Shown here: positions 7,631-16,762 of the stretch, in pieces
How the letters are laid out: each line of letters opens with the position of its first letter
Position numbering within the stretch: position 1 is the stretch's first letter
Assembly: GCA_963711565.1 (NCBI GenBank)
Contig: CAVQEQ010000001.1
Location: forward strand, 736,001 to 800,000
Direction of reading: 5' to 3'
DNA length: 64,000 nucleotides
Source of the DNA: an uncultured delta proteobacterium
GTDB lineage: Bacteria; Desulfobacterota; Binatia; Binatales; Binataceae
Made by a program: the position numbers and the translations under genes
The notes under the pieces: model-generated
Seen by the model: the letters and a program-made list of their open reading frames with translations, nothing else
Databases searched by the model: none
What the model was told of the DNA's origin: nothing

Positions 7631-9835
7631 ATGAGTGCCCAACATTCTCAGCCCAATGGAATTAGCGCGTCATACGTAGCGCCGACTGCATGGAGCAACG
7701 TCAGCCCGCACTCGCATCTGGTTCAATTTTACGAGAATGACGGCTTCCTCATCGACTCGCTGGCCCGTTGGTTCGGCGACGGTCTGGACGCGGGCGACAC
7801 ATGCATCTTCGTCGGTACCGAGGCTCATCGAATCAGCCTCGAGAAATATCTCAAGGATCGCGGCATCGATCTCGACCTGATGCGCGCGCGGCGGCGCTGC
7901 GTTTGCCTCGATGCGGCCTCGACGCTGGCGACGTTCATGGTCGATGGATGGCCCGACGAGGCGAGGTTCGTTCGCACGCTCCAGGAGATTCTCGCCGGCG
8001 TGTCCAGGCAGGGTGACCGGCGGGTATTCGGCGAGATGGTCGCGCTGCTTTGGAAGGATGGAAATCGCCAGGCGGCAATTCGGCTCGAAGAGATATGGAA
8101 CGCGTTCATGAGGACGCACACGCTTTCTTTGTGCTGCGCGTATCCGATCAACAGCTTCGGCACCGACGCCGACGCATCGCTGTTCATGAAAGTCTGCGCG
8201 CAGCATACTCCAGTACTGCCGGCTGAGAGTTACAGCGCGTTAGCCACTCCGGCCGAACGGCTGCGCGCGGTGAGTCTGCTGCAACACAAGGCCAGGACGC
8301 TCGAAGCCGAGAAAGCCGGACGCAAGAAAGCGGAGAAGTCGCTCCAGCGCCGTCAAAAGGAGCTCTCGGATTTCTTCGAGAACGCGGTCGAAGGTCTGCA
8401 ACAGCTCGGCCCTCGGGCGAACATATTGTGGGCCAACCCGGCGCAGCTCAAACTGCTCGGATATTTCGCTGATGAATACATCGGCCATTGGCTCGGCGAA
8501 TTTTACGTCGACCGAAACCGCTTCGACGAATTCTGGGCCCGGCTCATGCGTCGCGAGCTCATCTACGACTTCGGGGCCGCGCTGCGATGCAAGAACGGAT
8601 CGATCAAGCACGTTCTCATCCACTCGAGTGGGCTGTGGGAAGACGGGAAGTTCCTCTATACGCGATGCTTCATTCGCGACGTGACCGAACGCGTCGAGCT
8701 GGAAGACCAGCTTAAGGTCAGGCTCACTGAGCTCGCGCAAGCCGATCAACGCAAGAACGAATTCCTCGCGATGCTCGGTCACGAGCTGCGCAATCCCCTG
8801 TCCGCAGTGCTGGACGCGATCGTCACCGCGCAACTCGACCAGACGCGCCGCGACCGCGCCCTCGCCATAGCGCGCCGCCAGACCGATCAACTGGCCGGAC
8901 TGGTGGACGACCTGCTCGACGTCGGACGGATCACGCAAGACAGGATCGCGCTGAAAAAAGAGCCGCTCCTGGTCGGAAGTATCCTCCGGCAGGTGGTCGA
9001 AGAAGCACACAGCCTGGTCGAGCCCGGCCAGCATCAGTTGTCGGTGATCGTGTCGCCGCAAGCGGAGAACGTCTCAATCGAAGCGGACCCGGCGCGGCTG
9101 CGCCAGGTGATCGCCAACCTCATCCACAACGCGGCCAAGTTCACCCCTCCGGGCGGTCGTATCGAAGTGATGGCTGACCGTAACGACGACGAGGCGGTCT
9201 TCCGCGTGCGCGATTCCGGCGTCGGAATCTCGCCGGACCTGCTGCCGCATATTTTCGGCCTGTTTACCCAGGCCGAGCGTTCGCTCGATCGTTCGCGCGG
9301 CGGGCTGGGGATCGGACTGACTCTTGTCAAGCGGCTCGTCGAGATGCACGGTGGTCGCGTTGAGGCAAAAAGCGAGGGCCTCGGAATGGGCAGCGAGTTC
9401 GAAATTCACTTTCCTATCGTGGCGAATGCTCCTCCGCAAGTGCTTGCGACCGTGCGCCGGCCCCAAGTGGCCACGCGTCTGCGCGTGCTAGTGATCGAAG
9501 ACAACCACGACGCGGCTGAAGCGCTGGCGATGCTGCTCGAGTTGTATGGACACGATGCAACCGTGTTTTCAGATGGGCCAAAGGCGATCGAGGCTGTCCG
9601 CACAGCCGCCTTCGACCTGGCCTTCGTGGACATCGGCTTGCCGGGCATGGATGGTTATGAAGTTGCGCGGCGCATCCGCAAGCTCGCGAACGCGAAACCT
9701 ATGCTGCTGGTAGCGCTTACGGGCTATGGGCAGGATTCTGACAAGCAGCGCGCTCTCGCCGCCGGTTTCGACGAGCATCTGACCAAGCCGGTAAAGATCG
9801 AACGGCTGCAGGCCCTTTTGAAGCGCGCTCGATAA
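7631..9835 (+). CDS. cytoplasmic hybrid histidine kinase MEDS-PAS-HisKA-HATPase-REC
   Basis: HLVQFYE, FGEMVALLW and LCCAYP (MEDS); PAS; LGHELRNPL; DRSRGGLGIGL; VDIGLPGMDG. Confidence 0.92.
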   Translation: MSAQHSQPNGISASYVAPTAWSNVSPHSHLVQFYENDGFLIDSLARWFGDGLDAGDTCIFVGTEAHRISLEKYLKDRGIDLDLMRARRRCVCLDAASTLATFMVDGWPDEARFVRTLQEILAGVSRQGDRRVFGEMVALLWKDGNRQAAIRLEEIWNAFMRTHTLSLCCAYPINSFGTDADASLFMKVCAQHTPVLPAESYSALATPAERLRAVSLLQHKARTLEAEKAGRKKAEKSLQRRQKELSDFFENAVEGLQQLGPRANILWANPAQLKLLGYFADEYIGHWLGEFYVDRNRFDEFWARLMRRELIYDFGAALRCKNGSIKHVLIHSSGLWEDGKFLYTRCFIRDVTERVELEDQLKVRLTELAQADQRKNEFLAMLGHELRNPLSAVLDAIVTAQLDQTRRDRALAIARRQTDQLAGLVDDLLDVGRITQDRIALKKEPLLVGSILRQVVEEAHSLVEPGQHQLSVIVSPQAENVSIEADPARLRQVIANLIHNAAKFTPPGGRIEVMADRNDDEAVFRVRDSGVGISPDLLPHIFGLFTQAERSLDRSRGGLGIGLTLVKRLVEMHGGRVEAKSEGLGMGSEFEIHFPIVANAPPQVLATVRRPQVATRLRVLVIEDNHDAAEALAMLLELYGHDATVFSDGPKAIEAVRTAAFDLAFVDIGLPGMDGYEVARRIRKLANAKPMLLVALTGYGQDSDKQRALAAGFDEHLTKPVKIERLQALLKRAR

Positions 9836-10047
9836 CTGTCCACGCGAGTCTCGCTGCCAAAGCATCGACATTGCTGGTGCCGCCCCCGAAGCTCGCGGAT
9901 TGAAGTGGATCCGCACGCACCCTGACTGCTTGCAGGAACCTGTCGGCGTCTCCGGGCACTCTTTTGAAATTACTACACGTTCGGAATCGTGAAGAAATTC
10001 CTCGCACAATTGGCGAAAACACCTTGCAGATCAGGGGTTTATGTTCG

Positions 10048-10063
10048 TGGCTCCATACTTGCT
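10048..10063 (+). promoter_or_regulatory. sigma54 promoter of csbD
   Basis: TGGCTCCATACTTGCT about 57 bp upstream of the ATG. Confidence 0.7.
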
Positions 10064-10119
10064 GATTAGTTGAGAGTCACCGCGCTAGCTCGGTGAAAAC
10101 CCAATCAGGAGTTCTTCAA

Positions 10120-10317
10120 ATGAATAGCGACCAGATGAAAGGCAAGTTCAAACAGCTCTCAGGCGAGATCAAGCGAAAGTGGGGACAGATCACCGACGAC
10201 GATCTGAAGCAGGCACAGGGCAGCATGGAAAAGCTGGTCGGGAAAATCCAGGAGCGCTCGGGCGATCAGCGCCAGGCGATCGAGGATTGGCTCAGATCGC
10301 AGGGGCTGAACGAGTAA
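10120..10317 (+). CDS. csbD: CsbD/YjbJ family stress protein
   Basis: MNSDQMKGKFKQLSGEIKRKWGQITDDDL...LVGKIQER signature. Confidence 0.92.
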   Translation: MNSDQMKGKFKQLSGEIKRKWGQITDDDLKQAQGSMEKLVGKIQERSGDQRQAIEDWLRSQGLNE

Positions 10318-10377
10318 CGATCCGAAAACGCGGGACGCTTTGCGCATTTTTGGGTTAGAAAAACCAGAGGCGATTTT

Positions 10378-10794
10378 ATGAAGAACAACTACGCATTCAA
10401 ATTAGCAGTACCGGCAATTCTATTCGGACTGGTCCTGTCTGTTCCGTGCTTCGCTCAGGACCAGCCCGCGAGCCAGGATATGAATCAGGCGGGTCAAAAG
10501 ATGGAGCAGGCAGGTTCCAACACCGCGGACGCCGCCAAGGACGCCTATCACGGAACCGCGCGTGCGGTTAAGGACACGACCATCACCGCCCGGGTCAAGA
10601 CGGCTTTGGCAGGCGATAAAAATGTTAAGGCCTCCGCAATACATGTGGACACGGTTGCCGGCGTCGTCACTCTGAACGGCCAGGTTCCGTCGCCAGAAAT
10701 CGCGCAGCATGTCGCGCAACTGGCGGAACAAACCAAAGGCGTCAAAGGCGTGAACAACCAGTTGCTGGTGGCTAGCTCCGAGAGCACCCAATAG
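10378..10794 (+). CDS. BON-domain periplasmic protein (OsmY-like)
   Basis: Signal peptide; DTTITARVKTAL...IHVDTVAGVVTLNG...GVKGVNNQL. Confidence 0.9.
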   Translation: MKNNYAFKLAVPAILFGLVLSVPCFAQDQPASQDMNQAGQKMEQAGSNTADAAKDAYHGTARAVKDTTITARVKTALAGDKNVKASAIHVDTVAGVVTLNGQVPSPEIAQHVAQLAEQTKGVKGVNNQLLVASSESTQ

Positions 10795-10904
10795 GTGAGA
10801 TCCCGGTAATGCGGGTTGTCGCAGATTCGCGTGCTAGTCGCGCGAATCTGTGGACAGCTCCGTTTCGTGGGCACAAGTGTTGATTACAAAGCGCGATTGG
10901 TCCC

Positions 10905-11537
10905 ATGTTTGAAAGCGCGGCGGTATGGAGTTCCGACATGACAAGGACGCGGACGCGGAACCCCCATCCAATAGTCCAGGTAGTTCAAGATTCCGCCAGC
11001 GAGCTAAACGACCTTCTCAATGCGGTTGGGTTGCGCATCGCACTCTTGCGGCATCAGCTCGAGGCGTCGGCGGTCGAGGCCGAGATGGCCCGTCTGGCTC
11101 TGCTGATCGAGAAAGCGTCCGAGCGCGTTCTACGGCTGGAACAATACACGCGAGCCGAAGAAGTAGTCGCGTCGATGCGGCCCGGCCGCACCCGCAAGCG
11201 CGCCGAAACCTCGCGAACGAAGAGTTCCGCCTTTCTCTCGGAACAAAAGCCGCGGACCGCCCTTCTGATTACCGATGCGTCAATCGAAAATAGCGCGATT
11301 AAAGATTGCCTCGAGCGGAGCGGATGTAATGTGGTCGTGGCCGGATCCACCGACGACGGATTGAAGATGCTCCACTCACGCGACGATTTCGATCACATCG
11401 TCTGTGACTCATCGTTTCTTGCTGAATCGGATTGGAAGTTCACGGCCGAGTTGTCGCGCGCCGCCCCCAATTCGCGGGTATACGTAGTACATCAGCCCCA
11501 CGCATCCGATCGCGCCGAACGATCCTCGACGCATTAG
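10905..11537 (+). CDS. atypical signalling protein: DHp-like helix pair plus degenerate receiver domain
   Basis: SELNDLLNAV resembles an H-box without His; C-terminal REC-like region FDHIVCD. Confidence 0.55.
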   Translation: MFESAAVWSSDMTRTRTRNPHPIVQVVQDSASELNDLLNAVGLRIALLRHQLEASAVEAEMARLALLIEKASERVLRLEQYTRAEEVVASMRPGRTRKRAETSRTKSSAFLSEQKPRTALLITDASIENSAIKDCLERSGCNVVVAGSTDDGLKMLHSRDDFDHIVCDSSFLAESDWKFTAELSRAAPNSRVYVVHQPHASDRAERSSTH

Positions 11538-11618
11538 AAGCGAGGAGCAAGTGATCGATGCGCACCGGCTCGCACTAGCTCCAGCGCAGTTCATCTTTTG
11601 AGAGGGAACGGTTGAGCG

Positions 11619-12390
11619 CTAAGCGCCCATCAGGTTCATGCGCATACCGCAGACGTGGATCGTACCGTCTGCTGCGCGTTTGCCAAGCCGGGCGGCGGTA
11701 TCCAGGGCCCGCGCGCGATTAACGGCGATCAAGTCGAGGCCGCCGAGGCCTTCGCCGCGCCCATCGAGGTCCTTGACGAATCGAATCGTTGCGTTTTCGA
11801 GGCTTAGGCTCGGGTTGCCAGCTTTGTCTGACTTGACTGGAATTTCAATGATCCTGCTCCAGCGCTCGGCCAGGTCCTTCGGATCCGGCGATTGGATTTC
11901 AGCCGCAGCAATTCCGCGAACAACGTCGGTCCGAATCGCCTTGTGGAAGTCCTTGCCCGCCGGCTCCCACGGACCGTTGACGTCTTCGCCGCCTTTCTGG
12001 AAATCGATTTCAAGGAAACTGCCGCCGGTATCGCGCGGATGCAGCTGCATCACGCTGTACTCATGTCCGTCGCTCTCCATCACTTTGCGGATGCGGAGTT
12101 GGTTGAACGCGCTGCTTGCGAGGCCGATGGTCGTCGCATTGGCAGATGACCATGTAGCCGCCGTCGCCGCCGCGGCGCTCGAGATAACGCCCGCCTGCGG
12201 TATCCTGCCGAATCGGAGCGACGACTTCGATGAACTGATTGCCTACGGGGAAGATTGCATTCTCGAGCCCGAAGGCTTTTACGCCCGGGTCGCGATATCC
12301 GATCTCAAGGCCGAATACATCGTGCATGTCCTGGGCTACTGGGGCGAGCTGGTGCGCGACGAGCGCGATTTGTCGAAGTTTGATCCACAT
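11619..12390 (-). pseudogene. VOC/glyoxalase family protein split by a frameshift near 12105
   Basis: ORFs 12061-12390 and 11619-12083 join if one base is removed (RV-NQLRIRKVMESDGHE). Confidence 0.8.
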
Positions 12391-12405
12391 GAGAGAACTC
12401 TCCTG

Positions 12406-13188
12406 TCAGCGGCCTTTGAATTGGGGCTTGCGCTTTTGGGCTTTGGCCGCAAATGCCTCGCGAGTGTCTTCGGTTTCGAACATCCTGAAATGGCGTTCGC
12501 TCTCGAGTGCAACATACCCCGCAAAGTCCATACGTTCCGAATCGACGAAATTCGCCTTCAGTGTGCGCAGTGCGATCGGTGCGGAATCTATAAGCCGGTT
12601 CACGATCGCATCGACTTCTTTCCGAAATCGATCATCCGGAAAAACGCGCGTGACTAATCCAATCCTGAGCGCCTCGGCGGCGTCGAACTTGCCGGGCATG
12701 AAATACAGTTCGCGGGCGCGCGCTGAACCGACGATTCGCGAGAGGCTCCATGGTCCGCCCATATCGCCCGCAACGCCAACGTCCAGAAACGCGACGTTGA
12801 AGCGCGCCGACTCCGCGGCAAATCTGAAGTCGCACGCCAGCGCCCATCCGAGACCCGCCCCCGCGCAAGCGCCGTTGATAGCCGCGATCGTTACAGCCGG
12901 CATGTTGTGCAGCAGAATCGGTACGCGAAAGTCGTCCGCCGTGAGAGGATCGTCCGGCGCCGCCGACGCGACTTCGCCGATATCGGCGCCGGGGCAGAAG
13001 CCCTTGCCCGCGCCGGTCAGGACCAGCACTCTCAACTCGCGATCCTCGGCGGCGGCCGCGAGGGCCTCGCGCGTCTCGACCAACATCCGATTGGTCATTC
13101 CGTTCAGCCGGTCGGGACGATTCATCGTAAGCCGCGCGACCGGGCCCGACTTCTCATAGACGATCGTTTCGTGGCGTGTGCTGCTCAC
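12406..13188 (-). CDS. enoyl-CoA hydratase/isomerase
   Basis: LTMNRPDRLN, GKGFCPGADI, AAINGACAGAG crotonase motifs. Confidence 0.92.
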   Translation of the reverse strand: MSSTRHETIVYEKSGPVARLTMNRPDRLNGMTNRMLVETREALAAAAEDRELRVLVLTGAGKGFCPGADIGEVASAAPDDPLTADDFRVPILLHNMPAVTIAAINGACAGAGLGWALACDFRFAAESARFNVAFLDVGVAGDMGGPWSLSRIVGSARARELYFMPGKFDAAEALRIGLVTRVFPDDRFRKEVDAIVNRLIDSAPIALRTLKANFVDSERMDFAGYVALESERHFRMFETEDTREAFAAKAQKRKPQFKGR

Positions 13189-14003
13189 GGTCTTTCTCCT
13201 CTAATTCGCTTGAATCGCGGTGCGCGGCGCTCGACGAAAGACTTGACGCCCTCGGCAGCATCGGGATGCATGAGCGCGACTTTCATAAGGTCATCGGCGT
13301 CGCGAAACGCTCCTTCCATTGCGAGCGACCAGTGCCGATAGACCTCGGATTTGATCACGGCGAGCGAGTTCGGCGAGACGTTCGCTGCGAGTTCGCGCAG
13401 ATAAGCCCTGGTCTCGTCGAGCAGGTTTTCGCGCGGCATAAGGCGATCGACAAATCCGATTCGATAAGCTTCGGTTGCATCGAAGCGCCGCGAGCTCCAC
13501 AGCAAATCCAGTGCGCGACTCGTGCCCACGATCCGCGGCAACAGCCACGCCGTGCCATGCTCGGCTATGAGCCCGCGCTTCGAGAATACGGTCGTGAAGC
13601 TCGCGTCGGATGCTGCGAACCGCAGATCGCACATCATCGCGAGCACGAAACCTCCTCCTGCGGTGACGCCGTTGACTGCCGCAATCACCGGCTTCGGCAC
13701 GCGCAGCAAATAGCTGAACAGCGCCGGCAGTTCATCCGGAGCAGTGTCGCGAGCGCTCGACGGCACGCCGCCCTTGGTCGAGCGCGCGAGGTCTCCCGCA
13801 TCAAGGCCGGCGGAAAAGGCGCGACCGGTACCCGTAATAATGATCGCGACCACGCCTTCGTCCGCGGCGGCACGCTCGACCGCGTCGCGAATCTGATCGA
13901 TCATCGCGAACGTGAATGCGTTGAGCTTCTCGGGCCGATTCAGCCGCACCGTGGCGATTGAACCGTCAAGCTCATATTCGATGTTCGATGCCTGGGAATT
14001 CAT
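13185..14003 (-). CDS. enoyl-CoA hydratase/isomerase
   Basis: LNRPEKLNA, AFSAGLD, AAVNGVTAGGG; 4-bp overlap with the next gene. Confidence 0.92.
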   Translation of the reverse strand: MNSQASNIEYELDGSIATVRLNRPEKLNAFTFAMIDQIRDAVERAAADEGVVAIIITGTGRAFSAGLDAGDLARSTKGGVPSSARDTAPDELPALFSYLLRVPKPVIAAVNGVTAGGGFVLAMMCDLRFAASDASFTTVFSKRGLIAEHGTAWLLPRIVGTSRALDLLWSSRRFDATEAYRIGFVDRLMPRENLLDETRAYLRELAANVSPNSLAVIKSEVYRHWSLAMEGAFRDADDLMKVALMHPDAAEGVKSFVERRAPRFKRIRGERP

Positions 14004-14172
14004 GCCGACACCGTGCTTTTTGGACGTTGTACCTGGCTTTGACGCATAGCGAGAGTCTATCCCCGAACGCAACCGCTCGGCGCGACTGTTCTGTTTTTCG
14101 GTAGAGACATCGCCGTGTTAGTAAGTACACGATAGCGACCCGCTAATCCCCAATTCAGCGAGGACAGTCACA

Positions 14173-15045
14173 ATGAAGATAGGAGTTTCGCTCCCTTTGA
14201 CGGCAGTCTCGGGCGATCCAGGCGCAATCGCGCACGCGGCGGAGAACCTTGGCTTCGAATCCATCTGGAGCGTCGAGCACTCCTGCGTCCCTTCGGGCTA
14301 CACAACTCATTATCCCCGATCGGCCGACGGTAAGGTTCCAGCAATGTACGCGCAGCTGGCCGAGACGTGGGTGGTGCTCGCAATCGCGGCTGCGGCGACT
14401 AAACAAATCAAGCTCGGCACCGGCATTCTACTTCTGGCTCAGCACAACGTGATCGAGACGGCGCGCGCGACGGCAACCCTCGATCTATATTCGGGCGGGC
14501 GGCTGATCCTGGGCGTCGGCGCCGGATGGTTCCGCGAGGAAGCCGAGGTTATGGGCGTACGGTTCGAACAGCGCTGGAAGCATTTGCGGGAGTCGGTCGA
14601 GGCGCTGCGCGTCCTGTGGACGCAGGAGGAAGCGAGCTACGCAGGCGAAATAATCAAGTTTCCCGCGCTGCGGGTAGGTCCCAAGCCGGTACAGAAGCCG
14701 TGCCCACCGATCATGCTCGGCGCGCACGATCCGAAATATGCGCTCAGGCGGGTTGCGCGCTACGCCGACGGCTGGATGCCGGGCGGGCTCTCACCGGACA
14801 AAGCAATGGAATTCATTCCGCAGATCAAGCGGATGGCGCGCGAGTACGGTCGCGATCCCGAGCAACTGCAGTTCTCGGTCGCGCTCGGGACGCGTGGGGA
14901 TGAGCCGACTGCTGACACTCTCAAACGTTACCAATCGGCTGGAGTGAGCCGCATAATCGTGATGGCCACTGCGGCGGCGTCCGGCGACGGAGTTAAGGCT
15001 GTCCGTGACATCGCACCGTTGGTCGAGCGCGCGGCAAAGGTTTAG
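14173..15045 (+). CDS. LLM-class (F420-dependent type) oxidoreductase
   Basis: AENLGFESIW, IKLGTGIL, SGGRLILGVGAGW, PKPVQKP motifs. Confidence 0.88.
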   Translation: MKIGVSLPLTAVSGDPGAIAHAAENLGFESIWSVEHSCVPSGYTTHYPRSADGKVPAMYAQLAETWVVLAIAAAATKQIKLGTGILLLAQHNVIETARATATLDLYSGGRLILGVGAGWFREEAEVMGVRFEQRWKHLRESVEALRVLWTQEEASYAGEIIKFPALRVGPKPVQKPCPPIMLGAHDPKYALRRVARYADGWMPGGLSPDKAMEFIPQIKRMAREYGRDPEQLQFSVALGTRGDEPTADTLKRYQSAGVSRIIVMATAAASGDGVKAVRDIAPLVERAAKV

Positions 15046-15083
15046 AGTTCTGCGCCGCCGCCATTCGCCTCAAGGTTGTATCC

Positions 15084-16706
15084 ATGACATCACAAGTCCC
15101 GGTTCTAATAGTGGGCGGGGGTCCGGTAGGGTTGAGTGCGTCGATCTTGCTCTCGCGATTCGGTGTACGATCGATACTGGTTGAACGGCATCCATCGACA
15201 ACTGACCATCCCAAAGCGCGTGGCGTTTACCGACGGACGATGGAGCTCTTCCGCCGATGGGGAGTCGAGGACGCGATTCGCAAGTCTCAACTACCGGACT
15301 CAGATATCGGTTTTATCTGGGCTGAGTCACTCGCTGGGGAAGAACTGGGGCGGGTTCCTCGTCCTCCCAGAACTTTGAACACTCCCGCTCAGACCAGTCT
15401 CGTCTCACAGGACGCGGTCGAAGAAGCATTGTGCGCCAACGCAAAAAGCTGGAACTCTGCCGACCTGCGTTTTTCGACTCAAGTCAACTCGCTGGCGCAG
15501 GACGGGAGCGGAGTTACTGCGGAGATCCGTGGATCCAACGGTGAAGGGGAGACCATCCGCGCCGACTACGTAATCAGTGCGGACGGCGCCTCCAGTCGCG
15601 TCAGGCAGGCCCTGGGAATTGCGATGATTGGGCCCGAGGCGATTTCGCATCAGTTCAATATCTATTTCCGCAGCGACTTGAGCCGATGGTTCAGCCATCG
15701 AGTCTGCGCCGGGTTCTTGTTTGCGGGCGGTGGTTCCCTGCTCAGCGTGAACGGGACCGATCGATGGATCTCTCTGGGCTCATATAATCCCGAGATCGGA
15801 GAAGGGCCGAAGGACTTCACTCCGGAGTTCTGCATCGCGACCGTTCGCCGAATGCTCGGATTGCTGGATCTGCCAGTCGAGATTATCAATACGGCCTTTT
15901 GGACTCTGACCGCGCAGGTTGCGGAACGCTTTCAAAGCGGCAGGACTTTTTTGGCCGGTGATGCGGCGCATCGTTTTCCTCCTACCGGCGGTTTCGGAAT
16001 GAACACGGGCGTGCAAGACGTGCACAACCTCGTCTGGAAACTGGCTGCCGGCATTAAAGGTTGGGCATCTCCGACCCTGCTGGAAAGTTACGCACTCGAG
16101 CGGCGACCGGTGGCGCAATCGAATACGGATTTCAGCGTGATGAATTCCGTACGGTTTGGAGCTCTATATGCCGCCGGTGCTGCTCGAGATTGGCCCAAAA
16201 TGCGAGAGCTGATCGCTGACCAGCGCAAGCATCTCGACAACGAGGGGCAGGACCTCGGGTTCTACTACGATTCAGGCGCGATTGTTTCAGACGGAACGCC
16301 TTCGCCCGTCCGCGATCCGGCGACCTATCGGCCCGATGCGCGACCCGGAAGCCGCGCGCCGCACCTGTGGCTCATCCGCAATGGCCGCAGGATTTCATCG
16401 CTCGATCTCTTTGATACCGGATTCGTATTGCTTGCAGGACAGAAGGGCCAGCCCTGGTGCGCGGCGGCCAGTGAACTTGCATCAAATCTCAACGTGCCGA
16501 TTGAAGCGTTTACCGTAGGGGCAAGCGCCAACGCCGGCTTGACCGACTCTGACGGCGCCTTCCTCGAACTTTACGGACTCAACGAAGCAGGTGCGGTGTT
16601 AGTGCGGCCAGACGGCCACGTCGCCTGGCGCTCCCGAGGGTACGCGGGCGACAGTCGCAGCGAATTGGCAGCTGCCATGCAAAAGATTCTGTGCCGCGAA
16701 GGATGA
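15084..16706 (+). CDS. FAD-dependent monooxygenase (PheA/TfdB family)
   Basis: GGGPVG, ADGASS, LAGDAAHRFPPTGGFGMNTG, LVRPDGHVAW. Confidence 0.92.
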   Translation: MTSQVPVLIVGGGPVGLSASILLSRFGVRSILVERHPSTTDHPKARGVYRRTMELFRRWGVEDAIRKSQLPDSDIGFIWAESLAGEELGRVPRPPRTLNTPAQTSLVSQDAVEEALCANAKSWNSADLRFSTQVNSLAQDGSGVTAEIRGSNGEGETIRADYVISADGASSRVRQALGIAMIGPEAISHQFNIYFRSDLSRWFSHRVCAGFLFAGGGSLLSVNGTDRWISLGSYNPEIGEGPKDFTPEFCIATVRRMLGLLDLPVEIINTAFWTLTAQVAERFQSGRTFLAGDAAHRFPPTGGFGMNTGVQDVHNLVWKLAAGIKGWASPTLLESYALERRPVAQSNTDFSVMNSVRFGALYAAGAARDWPKMRELIADQRKHLDNEGQDLGFYYDSGAIVSDGTPSPVRDPATYRPDARPGSRAPHLWLIRNGRRISSLDLFDTGFVLLAGQKGQPWCAAASELASNLNVPIEAFTVGASANAGLTDSDGAFLELYGLNEAGAVLVRPDGHVAWRSRGYAGDSRSELAAAMQKILCREG

Positions 16707-16762
16707 AGCGGGAGTCAATGACGGACCGTCACAGGTTCCGCGCCAACCGCGAAAATTTCTGA

